A model generated the notes under the pieces. That model saw nothing but the letters and a program-made list of their open reading frames with translations, made no database searches and was not told the origin of the DNA. Made by a program: the position numbers and the translations under genes. Below, in pieces: positions 12,701 to 24,700 of a stretch of DNA of 64,000 nt. The DNA is taken from NCBI GenBank assembly GCA_002269645.1, contig NIVC01000359.1, positions 124,001-188,000 on the forward strand, read 5' to 3'. The stretch's first letter is position 1. Every line of letters begins with the position of its first letter. This DNA is from Macrostomum lignano. Its lineage: Eukaryota.

Positions 12701-15700
12701 AGTGGGGGCTGGCCGCCCCCACGCCCCTGGCATTTATTAGTCTAGTGGTATAGTAGGGGGCTGGCCGCCCCCCACGCCCCTGGCATTTATTAGTCTAGTG
12801 GTATAGTGGGGGGCTAGCCGCCCCCCACGCCCCTGGCATTAGTTAGTCTAGTGGTATAGTGGGGGCTCGCCGCCCCCCACGCCCCTGGCATTAGTTAGTC
12901 TAGTGGTATAGTGGGGGGCTGGCCGCCCCCCACAACCCTGACATTTATTAGTCTAGTGGTATAGTGGGAGGCTGGCCGCCCCCCACGCCCCTGGCATTAG
13001 TTAGTCTAGTGGTATAGTGGGGGCTGGCCGCCCCCACGCCCCTGGCATTAGTTAGTCTAGTGGTATAGTGGGGGTTGGCCGCCCCCCACGCCCCTGGCAT
13101 TAGTTAGTCTAAGTGGTATAGTGGGGGCTGGCCGCCCCCACGCCCCTGGCATTAGTTAGTCTAGTGGTATAGTGGGGGGCTGGCCGCCCCCACGCCCCTG
13201 GCATTAGTTAGTCTAGTGGTATAGTGGGGGCTGGCCGCCCCCACGCCCCTGGCATTTATTAGTCTAGTGGTATAGTGGGGGGCTCGCCGCCCCACGCCCC
13301 TGGCATTAGTTAGTCTAGTGGTATAGTGGGGGGCTGGCCGCCCCCCACGCCCCTGGCATTAGTTAGTCTAGTGGTATAGTGGGGGGCTGGCCGCCCCCAC
13401 GCCCCTGGCATTAGTTAGTCTAGTGGTATAGTGGTATAGTGGGGGCTAGCCGCCCCCCACGCCCCTGGCATTAGTTAGTCTAGTGGTATAGTAGGGGGCT
13501 GGCCGCCCCCACGCCCCTGGCATTAGTTAGTCTAGTGGTATAGTGGGGGGCTGGCCGCCCCCACGCCCCTGGCATTAGTTAGTCTAGTGGTATAGTGGGG
13601 GCTGGCCGCCCCCCACGCCCCTGGCATTAGTTAGTCTAGTGGTATAGTGGTATAGTGGGGGCTAGCCGCCCCCACGCCCCTGGCATTAGTTAGTCTAGTG
13701 GTAAAGGGGGGCTGGCTCCCCCACCGCTCCACCACCCCTCGAGAACTTTTCCCACATCTAAACACGTCTTTGTAATATGTTACAACTATATTCTAGCCTT
13801 CAAACGACCAGACATCAAATACTTGCTTGCCGACATGTATCGTAATATACTTTTTGCACTAACAATCATACGTGCCGCACTAAAAGATTCACTGTTACTC
13901 TTTAAATACGTATAAAAAGAAAAATAAATTTAAATAAATGTAATTTAATTGTATAAAAAACATAATAGTTAGAGAAATAAAAATACTAAAAAACTGTTTG
14001 CTCTAAAAGAACTTTAAACTAAAAATTTTTCGGATCTCTTGGGAATCGAACCCTGCAGCACTCAATTATATGGAAACTAACTCTGCCACTGAGCCACAAA
14101 TTGCTTACTAAGTTGGCCTATTGTACACGTATTTTATATCGAATATCGCTAATAGCAGCCATTTCTACCATTTTTTCTGCTTTTTCATACATTTCTGCTC
14201 GTTGCATCGCAACGCTTCTACCTAAAAATACGAGTCGCATGTCGTTACAGAGATAACATCAAGGCGCATTCATCCAATGCATTTTCAAATTATGTCAACA
14301 AATTTTTCGGCTGCTAGGCGCCAAAATATTAATTTTCACCTGTTCTGGCAGGTAATCAAACAGGTATTAAGACCTGTTAACCTAAGAATCAGTTTTCAAA
14401 ACTTATTTAGCTGCATAATGCATCCATAGTGCTGTTTTTAGACACCAAACTTGAGTCTCTAGGTCTCGCCAATGCAGAGTTATTAGCAAAAGTATGCTCA
14501 AAATTTGCCCAAAAATGGCCTACTCAAAATTCGGAGCCAATTTTCTCAAAAATACGAATTTTCCAGCCATATTGGCGTATGACCGGTGTAACTTCAGCTA
14601 TTCGACTAAACAATATTGAAAATGCAGAAAAATCGGTGCGCAAAATTTCTTATTTTTCGACTTCAAAGTTTGTACCCCAAAAGGGCCGTTTTTCAATTAA
14701 CAGGTAAAAAGTACCTGTTAACAGGGGTTTTTTCAGGAGTGTCTTATGTCATTCAAAAGGGCATCCGATGGGCTACAATTTGACACCACATTCGAAAAAA
14801 TTCGCCCAGTAATAAAAATTTTTCTTTAACAACATATGCTTTTTTGGTCGAGTCCCCCGGCCTCTTTTTTCCCCGGTTTCCGGGTCACTGCTCCGCACAG
14901 GTAGGTCCAAATGCTTAGAAAATTTAGGAAAACAAATTTCCATATGTTTGACACGTTTTGTTAAAATTTCAACACCGTAGCTTAAAACACTTTCTTATTT
15001 TTGGAGACTACTTTTTGAAAACGTGACCCAAATTTTCAAAAACACTCTTTTTGACCCTTGTAGCCATATAGAGCAGCAATGAATGGCCCAATCAAGCAGA
15101 TCTCAGCATTTCCGAATAAAAGACATCCATTTGAGTGATTTGGGTTGAAAAATTGAAAAAATCAAGATTTGCATCTGTATAGGATAAGCCTCTTTAAAGT
15201 GCACAAACGGTTTGTACTTTTAAAGTGCAGATAGGCAGCCATGTCAAAAGTACATTTTAGCCCAAAAAATTATAGCGCATCTAAAAGCCCCAGGTGTTGT
15301 TTACATTATGCAGCAGCTCAAAAGCCGCGCTATTGCGCGTCCTTTTCGCTGCAGTACGGGCAAGGTTGAAAAACATGTACAAAAAATTGGCCGAAAAATT
15401 GCATTTTTAAAAATCAGATGCAGTTTGCTCAAAAATACGAATTTTCCAGCCATATTGGCGTATGACCGGTGAAACTTTAGCTATTCGACTAAACAATATT
15501 GAAAATGCAGAAAAATCGGTGCGCAAAATTTCTTATTTTTCGACTTCAAAGTTTGTACCCCCAAATGGGCCGTTTTTCACTTAACAGGTAAAAAGTACCT
15601 GTTAACAGGGGTTTTTTCAGGAGTGTCTTATGTCATTCAAAAGGGCATCCGATGGGCTACAATTTGACACTACACTCGAAAAAATTCGCCCCATTTTAAA

Positions 15701-18700
15701 AAAATTTCCTTAACAACGTTTGATTTTCTGCAGAGCCCCGGCCTCTTTTTTCCCTGGTTTCCGGGTCACTGCTCAGCACAGGTAGGTCCCAATGCTTAGA
15801 AAATTCAGGAAAACAAATTTCCAAATGTTTGACACGTCGTGTTAAAGTCTCAACACCGTAGCATAAAACGCTTCCTTATTTTTGGGGACTACTTTTTGAA
15901 AACGTGACCCAATTTTTCGAAAATGTCGTTTTTAGGCACTCTTTGGCACCTAGGCAGGTTATTGATGGCCCAATCGGCCAAATCTCAATGTTTCCGAATA
16001 GAAGACATCCATTTGAGTAATTTGGTGTAGAAATATTAAAAAATAAAGTTTTCCATCTCGACGCCATAGGCCTCACAAAAGTGCACTAAAAATTTGTACT
16101 TTTAAACAGCAGATAGGCAGCCATGTGAAAAGTACATTTTAGCCCTAAAAACTATAGCGCATCAAACAGCCCCAGGTGTTATTGACGCTATGAGGCAGCT
16201 CAAAGGCCGTGCTATCGCGCGTCCTTTTCGCTGCGGTGGGGCAAAGTTGAAAAAAATGCCGATTTTTCGACCTCAAAAAACACGTTTTTTGCACTTTTAC
16301 CCTAAAAGTTAAAGTACAATCAAAAAATCCATTTCTGATCATTGTAGCGTTTGAATGCCCGCGTTTACTGAGCCCACTCGCTAAGCGCTGCCATATTCTC
16401 AATCCTTATTTTTTGAGATCAAAGTTTTTGACAAAGTCGAAAAAACGCAGTTTTTGGTTGCCATGGCAACCAAAACGCGTTGCCATAGCAACCAACTATT
16501 GTGCATCCGATAGCGCTAGGTCTTTGACACATTTTGGCAAAAACTGTTTGTAAATCGGTTGTACCGTTTTTTATTGGCAGCGTTTAAAAGTTGAAAAACG
16601 TCATTTTTAGTGTGTCACATCTGTTGCACATCTTATCAGGGACGATTTCGCAAAAGTAAGCAGTATAGAAAAAAATTCTCGCTTCGCTCGCATTTTTTTC
16701 TATACTACTTACTGGCTCATCGTCCCACAACTAGGGAATGAAGGTTAGGCAACTAGGGAATGAAGATTAGGCAACTAGGGAATGAAGCTTAGGCAACTAG
16801 GGAATGAAGGTTAGGCAACTAGGGAATGAAGGTTAGGCAACTAGGGAATGAAGATTAGGCAACTAGGGAATGAAGGTTAGGCAACTAGGGAATGAAGCTT
16901 AGGCAACTGGGGAATGAAGCTTAGGCAACTGGGGAATGAAGGTTAGGCATCTGGGGAAGAATGAAGGTTAGGCAACTAGGGAATGAAATTTAGGCAACTA
17001 GGGAATGAAGCTTAGGCAACTGGGGAATGAAGCTTAGGCAACTAGGGAATGAAGGTTAGGCAACTGGGGAATGAAGCTTAGGCAACTAGGGAATGAAGGT
17101 TAGGCAACTAGGGAATGAAGGTTAGGCAACTAGGGAATGAAGATTAGGCAACTAGGGAATGAAGCTTAGGCAACTAGGGAATGAAGGTTAGGCAACTAGG
17201 GAATGAAGGTTAGGCAACTAGGGAATGAAGATTAGGCAACTAGGGAATGAAGGTTAGGCAACTAGGGAATGAAGCTTAGGCAACTGGGGAATGAAGCTTA
17301 GGCAACTGGGGAATGAAGGTTAGGCATCTGGGGAAGAATGAAGGTTAGGCAACTAGGGAATGAAATTTAGGCAACTAGGGAATGAAGGTTAGGCAACTGG
17401 GGAATGAAGCTTAGGCAACTAGGGAATGAAGGTTAGGCAACTGGGGAATGAAGCTTAGGCAACTAGGGAATGAAGGTTAGGCAACTGGGGAATGAAGGTT
17501 AGGCAACTGGGGAATGAAGCTTAGGCAACTGGGGAATGAAGCTTAGGCAACTGGGGAATGAAACTTCTTGGCCAATTGAGACAAACGGAAGCCAATTAAA
17601 ACAAACGGAAGCCAATTGAGACAAACGAAAGCCAATAAAAACAGACGGAAGCCAATTGAGACAAACGAAAGCCAATTGAGACAAACGGAAGCCAACTGAA
17701 ACAAACGGAAGCCAATTGAGACAAGCGGAAGCCAATTGAGACAAACGGAAGCCAATTGAGACAAACGGAAGCCAATTGAGACAAACGGAAGCCAATTGAG
17801 ACAAACGGAAGCCAATGAGACAAACGGAAGCCAATTGAGACAAACGGAAGTCAATTGAGACAAACGGAAGCCAATTGAGACAAACGGAAGTCAATTGAGA
17901 CAAACGGAAGCCAATTGAGACAAACGGAAGCCAATTGAGACAAACGGAAGCCAATGAGACAAACGGAAGCCAATTGAGACAAACGGAAGCCAATTAAAAC
18001 AAACGGAAGCCAATTGAGACAAACGGAAGCCAGTCACGAAGTTTAAAGACAGGTTGAAAAAAGGGAGCCACTTACGCAGGCTGGCGCCACCCCCCGAATC
18101 GGGGGGTCCCGGCGCGGGAGTGTCAGCCATGGGGATGAACGATTCGTCCTCCAGCTCATCGGCGCCCTCCAAACCCGGCAGGCCGGGCCGGGCCTTCACC
18201 CAGGCTGCCTGGAAACTCTTTGGTATGGCCTTGCTAGCTGGCCGCTTTCTCGGCTGGCGCGGCTCGCCGGACTCTTCGCCGCCGCCAGCCGCGTCGGCCT
18301 CTGCGGCGCTGCTCCGAATGCCCGGGATGTTCTGCGCGGTGCCGTCGCCCAGCGCCGGGATGGCCGATTCGTCATCGTTGGCGCGGACGCCCGGCTTGAA
18401 GCGCAGGTTGGGGCCGACGCGAACGTTTGAAGGAGTTTGCACCGGGCCGTGATGTGCGGCCGCCGCAGGGGCGCCCTTGAAATAGGAGAGGGGAGGGGAG
18501 GGGATTCATTCAATGCGGAGTCTGTCAGCTACATCAAGTGAGGAATGTAAACTTTCCAGGAAATATTCGCATAGATACCTAAATACCAGCTATCAATCGA
18601 TCGTAGGATTCAGCAAAATCAATCACAAACACAATGTCTGTCCGGATAATCAAGCAGAGACACAATGTCTGTCCGGATAATCAAGCAGAGACCCAGTGTC

Positions 18701-21700
18701 TGTCCGGATAATCAAGCAGAGACACAATGTATGTCCGGATAATCAAACAGAGACACAATGCCTATCCGGATAATCAAAGCAGGGACACAATGTCCGACCG
18801 GATAATCAATAAGACACAATGTCTGTTCGGATAATCAAGCAGAGACACAATGTCTGTCAGGATAATCAAGCAGAGACACAATGTCAGTCCGGATAATCAA
18901 GAAGACAATGTCTGTTCGGATAATCAAGCAGAGACACAGTGTCTGTCCGGATAATCAAGAAGACGCAATGTCTGTCAGGAAAATAAATTATTAACAGACA
19001 CACCAGAAGGTTAATCCATCCCGACAGACAACCTACCCCTCCGCCGCCGTGGCCGCCCCGGAAGCTGCCGCCTCCGCCGCCGCGGTAGCCCTGATGAAAA
19101 TGGCCTCCGCGACCGCCGGCCCGTCCCCCACGACCGCCTCTGAAGTTGCCGCCGCCTCCTCCTCGTTGATGATGATGGTGATGATGATCCCGATGGTGGT
19201 GATGCTGCTGCACCTGCTGCCGATGATGTCCGCCAGCCTGCTGTCGATGGTCACGACGGTCGACAACGCCGGTGACAGGGGCTGCGACGGCGCCGCCGGG
19301 CACGACTTTGGGCGCGTCGCGGATCACGTCGCCGGGCCGGTTGCGGCTCCAGAATTTGCTGCGGTTTTTTAGAACGGCAAAAAGTGAGGATTTAGCAACT
19401 TGCTAAATTGTCTACTGCAAGTAATAAAATGAAGTCAATCGATCTCAACAATGGATCTCACGTGGAGAAGTCGTTCGACCCGGTGACAATGATGTGCCCG
19501 AGCGGGTGCCAGGCCAGAGACCAGATCATGTTCTCGTGCGCGTCTTCAACACAGCCGACGTCCGTTCTGGTGCCGACGTTCCAGAACATCATGGCACCGT
19601 CGGCGCCGCCGCTGGCAAACAATGACTCGTACTCTGGGTGCCAGGCAACCCGCATGACGTCCTTCTTGTGCCCACGAAATGTTTGCAAATCCTGGCGCAG
19701 GTTGCGCACGTCAAATAGCTTTATGAGGTTGTCTCTTGAAGCTGTCAGAAACCAATTGCCGTTGCGGTTCCACTGCACGTCTGTGCAAGTGTTCTTGTGC
19801 ACATAGCTGTTGGTGTTAAGTGGCAGTTGGGGCGATTCTCTGGTCTGGTTGGGGGCGATTCTCTGGTCTGGTTGAGGGCGATTCTCTGGTCTGGTTGGGG
19901 GCGATTCTCTGGTCTGGTTGGGGGCGATTCTCTGGTCTGGTTGGAGGCGATTCTCTGGTCTGGTTGAGGGCGATTCTCTGGTTTGGTTGGGGACGATTCT
20001 CTGGTCTGGTTGAGGGCGATTCTCTGGTCTGGTTGGGGGCGATTCTCTGGTCTGGTTGGGGGCGATTCTCTGGTCTGGTTGGGGGCGATTCTCTGGTCTG
20101 GTTGGAGGCGATTCTCTGGTCTGGTTGGGGGCGATTCTCTGGTCTGGTTGGGGGCGATTCTCTAGTCTGGTTGAGGGCGATTCTCTGGTCTGGTTGGGGG
20201 CGATTCTCTAGTCTGGTTGGGGGCGATTCTCTGGTCTGGTTGGGGGCGATTCTGTGGTCGAGTTGGCAGCAAAATCAGCAGACTTTCACTAAAAAAGCTT
20301 ACAGCGTAGTCAAAGATTCGCCACTTTTCGGGTCCCATAACTTAATGGGCTGCTGAGCGTCTTTGCTGCCGGAGATCACCAAGGATTTATGCGGGTGCCA
20401 GGCTACGCTGCGGACATCGGCGCCGTGACCTGTGGAGGGAGGGCAACAGAGGTTACGTATCTCTGACTTTTTCGGCAGATTACTCCCAACCCTGCAATCT
20501 TATTGAATCAATGAGCAGCTAACTCTCACAGCTTCTCAATAACATGCATCTGAACAGCTTCATTGATATCTAAACATCAGCTGAACAACTTCACCGACGC
20601 CTGAACATCTGCACCGACACCTGAACAACTTAATCGCCATCTGAACATCTCTACCGACACTTGAACAACTTCACCGACAGCTGAACAACTTCATCGACAC
20701 CTGAACATCTCCACAGACACCTGAACAATTCCACAGACACCTGAACAATTCCACCGACATCTGAATATCTCCACCGACACCTGAACATCTGCACCGACAT
20801 CTGAACATCTCCACCGACACCTGAACATCTCCACCGACATCTGAACAACTTCATCGACACCTGAACATCTCCACCGACACCTGAACAACTTCACCGACAC
20901 CTGAACATCTCCACAGACACCCGAACAATTCCAACGACACCTGAACATCTCCACCGACACCTGAACATCTCCACCGACACTTGAACAACTTCACCGACAC
21001 CTGAACAACTTCATCGACACCTGAACATCTTCATTTATACCTGAACTACTCTATTGATAGCTGAACTACTTCATTTATACCTGAATTAAGTTAACCAATG
21101 CCTCAACAGCTCTACCGATGCCCGAAACAGAACACCGACATTCGACACACTGTACGAAGCCTCAGAGCTCCGGTGACATTACAATTCAAACTTCCTAAGA
21201 AAATCAATAAAAGGCAACAGCAGGGCAACTCACCTCGAAGCACTCTCTCCTCTCTGCAGCGAACGAAATCCCAAATTCGAACCGTGGCATCGTCCGAACA
21301 GGTGACAAACTTTGTGTCGGTTGGGCAGAAGCTTGCAACGGATTGAAACAAAGAAATGAAAGAAAACTAAAGAAAGAAAACAAACAAACATTTTTCGTAA
21401 TATTATATTTTGTCGTCTATAAGCGTATGGCTATGGCCGGGATAATTCATCGGCTTTATTAATATGATTTATAAATCCTGTCAAAAGTATTATCTAATTT
21501 AAGGCATTGATTTTAGAAAGTAACTTTATTTTAGGAGTCCTTGTGAGAAAATGTAATTAAATTTTATTTTGCCAACGAATCGTCCAGCGAATATCTATTG
21601 ATCTCAAGATGCTGTTAAATTGGCATCTTAGTACCGAGGCTGGGCAAATTCAGGATCAAAATAAATACATTCTTTTTGTTTTAATCTGAGCCGATTTCAC

Positions 21701-24700
21701 ATTTCCATTGAGGGACAATTCAAGGTCGAGGTTAAGGTCGGATTAATGCTTGGGTGTATGCCGGATTAAGGCTTGGATCTATGCCGGATTGAGGGTTGGG
21801 CTGAGACCGGATTAAGGGTTGGGCTGAGACCGGATTGAGGGTTGGGCTGAGACCGGATTAAGGGTTGGGTTGAGACCGGATTGAGGGTTGGGCTGAGACC
21901 GGATTAAGGGTTGGGCTGAGACCGGATTGAGGGTTGGGCTGAGACCGGATTGAGGGTTGGGCTGAGACCGGATTAAGGGTTGGGCTGAGACCGGATTAAG
22001 GGTAGGGCTGAGACCAGATTAAGGGTTGGGCTGAGACCGGATTAAGGGTTGGGTTGAGACCGGATTAAGGGTTGGGCTGAGACCAGATTAAGGGTTGGGC
22101 TGAGACCAGATTAAGGGTTGGGCTGAGACCGGATTAAGGGTTGGGCTGAGACCGGATTAAGGGTTGGGTTGAGACCGGATTAAGGGTTGGGTTGAGACAG
22201 GATTAAGGGTTGGGCTGAGACCGGATTAAGGGTTGGGCTGAGACCGGATTAAGGGTTGGGCTGAGACCGGATTAAGGGTTGGGTTGAGACCGGATTAAGG
22301 GTTGGGTTGAGACAGGATTAAGGGTTGGGCTGAGACCGGATTAAGGGTTGGGCTGAGACCGGATTAAGGGCTGGGTTGAGACCGGATTAAGGGCTGGGTT
22401 GAGACAGGATTAAGGGTTGGGCTGAGACCGGATTAAGGGTTGGGCTGAGACCGGATTAAGGGTTGGGCTGAGACCGGATTAAGGGTCGGATTGAGACCGG
22501 ATTAAGGGTTGGGCTGAGACCGGATTAAGGGTTGGGCTGAGACCGGATTAAGGGTCGGATTGAGACCGGATTAATGGTTGGGCTGAGACCGGATTAAGGG
22601 TTGGGCTGAGACCGGATTAAGGGTCGGATTGAGACCGGATTAAGGGTCGGATTGAGACCGGATTAAGGGTTGGGCTGAGACCGAATTAAGAGTTGGGTTT
22701 AGGCCGGCAAGTTAAGTGATAACAATACCTGGTTGTGATGTCAAGCTTTCAAAGAGTTCATCATGCAACATCACCCAAGCCGACCGCTCGTGCGCTATAA
22801 GCTTGCAATAATGTTACGATAATTGAAAATCACCGAAAAGTGAAGATCAACCAGTCCATAGTTGAGTTTTAATGTTGATTCACTTTCTAAACAGTTCTAA
22901 TATTAATAAAAAATCAATATAGATATATTTGAATAAAGGTGCAATTGACAAAGCATATATTGCAATAAATATGAAATGCTGCATCAATTTTAATATAAAA
23001 AATATGTTCGGGCATCAAGGACGGCATCTAATTATGAATTGTTTATTTTCATTCACGCCCGATGCACTTTCTGTGAGTCACCGACTTTGCCACAATGCTA
23101 AAATAGCACCATTCTATGTTGCAATCAGCTACCGCATGTTCCTCCGTATTTTTATCCAATATATTTATTTTAATTTACGCATAAAAATTATTAAATGCAC
23201 ACCTGCAGCCCCGAATGGGGTCTTTGTGAGCCTGATACATCTTCACATTGTTCATGTTGGCCTGCCAGTACTTCACGTAGCCGGCGTTGTCCGCCGTGAG
23301 CAGCCAGTCCTCGTTGTGCGACCACAGCATGCAGCGGATTGAGGACTCGTGCGCCTGCGGATGAGCAAGTTCGAAATGCCTAATAATTAATGCATTAATG
23401 CGGTTTGGGTGTAGCTATAATGACCAATTGAATGCGTGGCTACCCAATGACCGATTGAATGCGTGGCTACCCAATGACCGATTGAATGCGTGGATACCCA
23501 ATGACCGATTGAATGCGTGGCTACCCAATGACCGATTGAATGCGTGGCTACCCAATGACCGAATGAGGGGTGTGAGAGAGTGACTACCCAATGCCCGAAT
23601 GAGGGGTGTGAGAGAGTGACTACCCAATGACCGAATGAGAGGTGAGAGAGTGACTACCCAATGCCCGAATGAGGGCTGTGAGAGAGTGACTACCCAATGC
23701 CCGAATGAGGGGTGTGAGAGAGTGATTACCCAATGACCGAATGAGGGGTGTGAGAGAGTGACTACCCAATGACCGAATGAGGGCTGTGAGAGAGTGACTA
23801 CCCAATGACCGAATGAGAGGTGAGAGAGTGACTACCCAATGCCCGAATGAGGGCTGTGAGAGAGTGATTACCCAATGACCGAATGAGGGGTGAGAGAGTG
23901 ACTACCCAATGACCGAATGAGAGGTGAGAGAGTGACTACCCAATGACCGAATGAGGGGTGTGAGAGAGTGACTACCCAATGACCGAATGAGAGGTGAGAG
24001 AGTGACTACCCAATGACCGAATGAGGGGTGTGAGTGGCTACCCAATGACCGAATGAGAGGTGTGAGTGTGGCTACCCAATGACAAAATGAGGGGTGAGTG
24101 TGGCTACCCAATGACAAAATGAGGGGTGAGTGTGGCTACCCAATGACCGAATGAGGGGTGAGTGTGGCTACCCAATGACCGAATGAGGGGTGAGTGTGGC
24201 TACCCAATGACCGAATGAGGGGTGAGTGCGGCTACCCAATAAAACTACGACGCAAGAAACCAGAGCTGACAGAGCATTGTACCCAATTATCAACAGTTCT
24301 GCTTACCTGTAAAATTGTCTCAAAATTGAATGTCAATCCGTTCCAAAGCGTGAATTCACCGCTGGCCGCACCAGTAATGAGCCGCCTGCCCTCCGGTGTC
24401 CACTGGAAAACAATGAGTTGATTTATGATTTATAATTCCGAAGCATTTTAAGGAAAGAGACATTTGGATCAGATCATGCTTAGACAACTTACACAAACCG
24501 AGAAAATTGGGCACTTGTTTTTGTTTGTTGAGGTTCGAATGTGCTTAGCGGTGATGCAATTCAACGGGCAATCCAGCATGCCCAGAGGCGGCAGAAGCTG
24601 TAATACAAAATGTCCAATTAAAATAAAATACAAGAATAGATAAAAAATACAGGTTTATAGTAAACAAAGGCAATAGTACCTCTCCATGAAACAGGTAGTC

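Larger units (their letters stand above)
11552..16729 (-). mobile_element. Non-autonomous Helitron2/Helentron-like element, copy 2 (near-identical tandem duplicate)
   Basis: Same hairpin (11561-11580) and subTIRs (11584-11594 and 16718-16728); identical spurious ORFs offset by 5221 bp; differences seen are homopolymer lengths. Confidence 0.7.

Noticed and set aside
9208-16402. Duplicated 66-92 aa ORFs inside the Helitron-like copies
   Set aside because: AT-rich, no domain, and identical only because the element is duplicated
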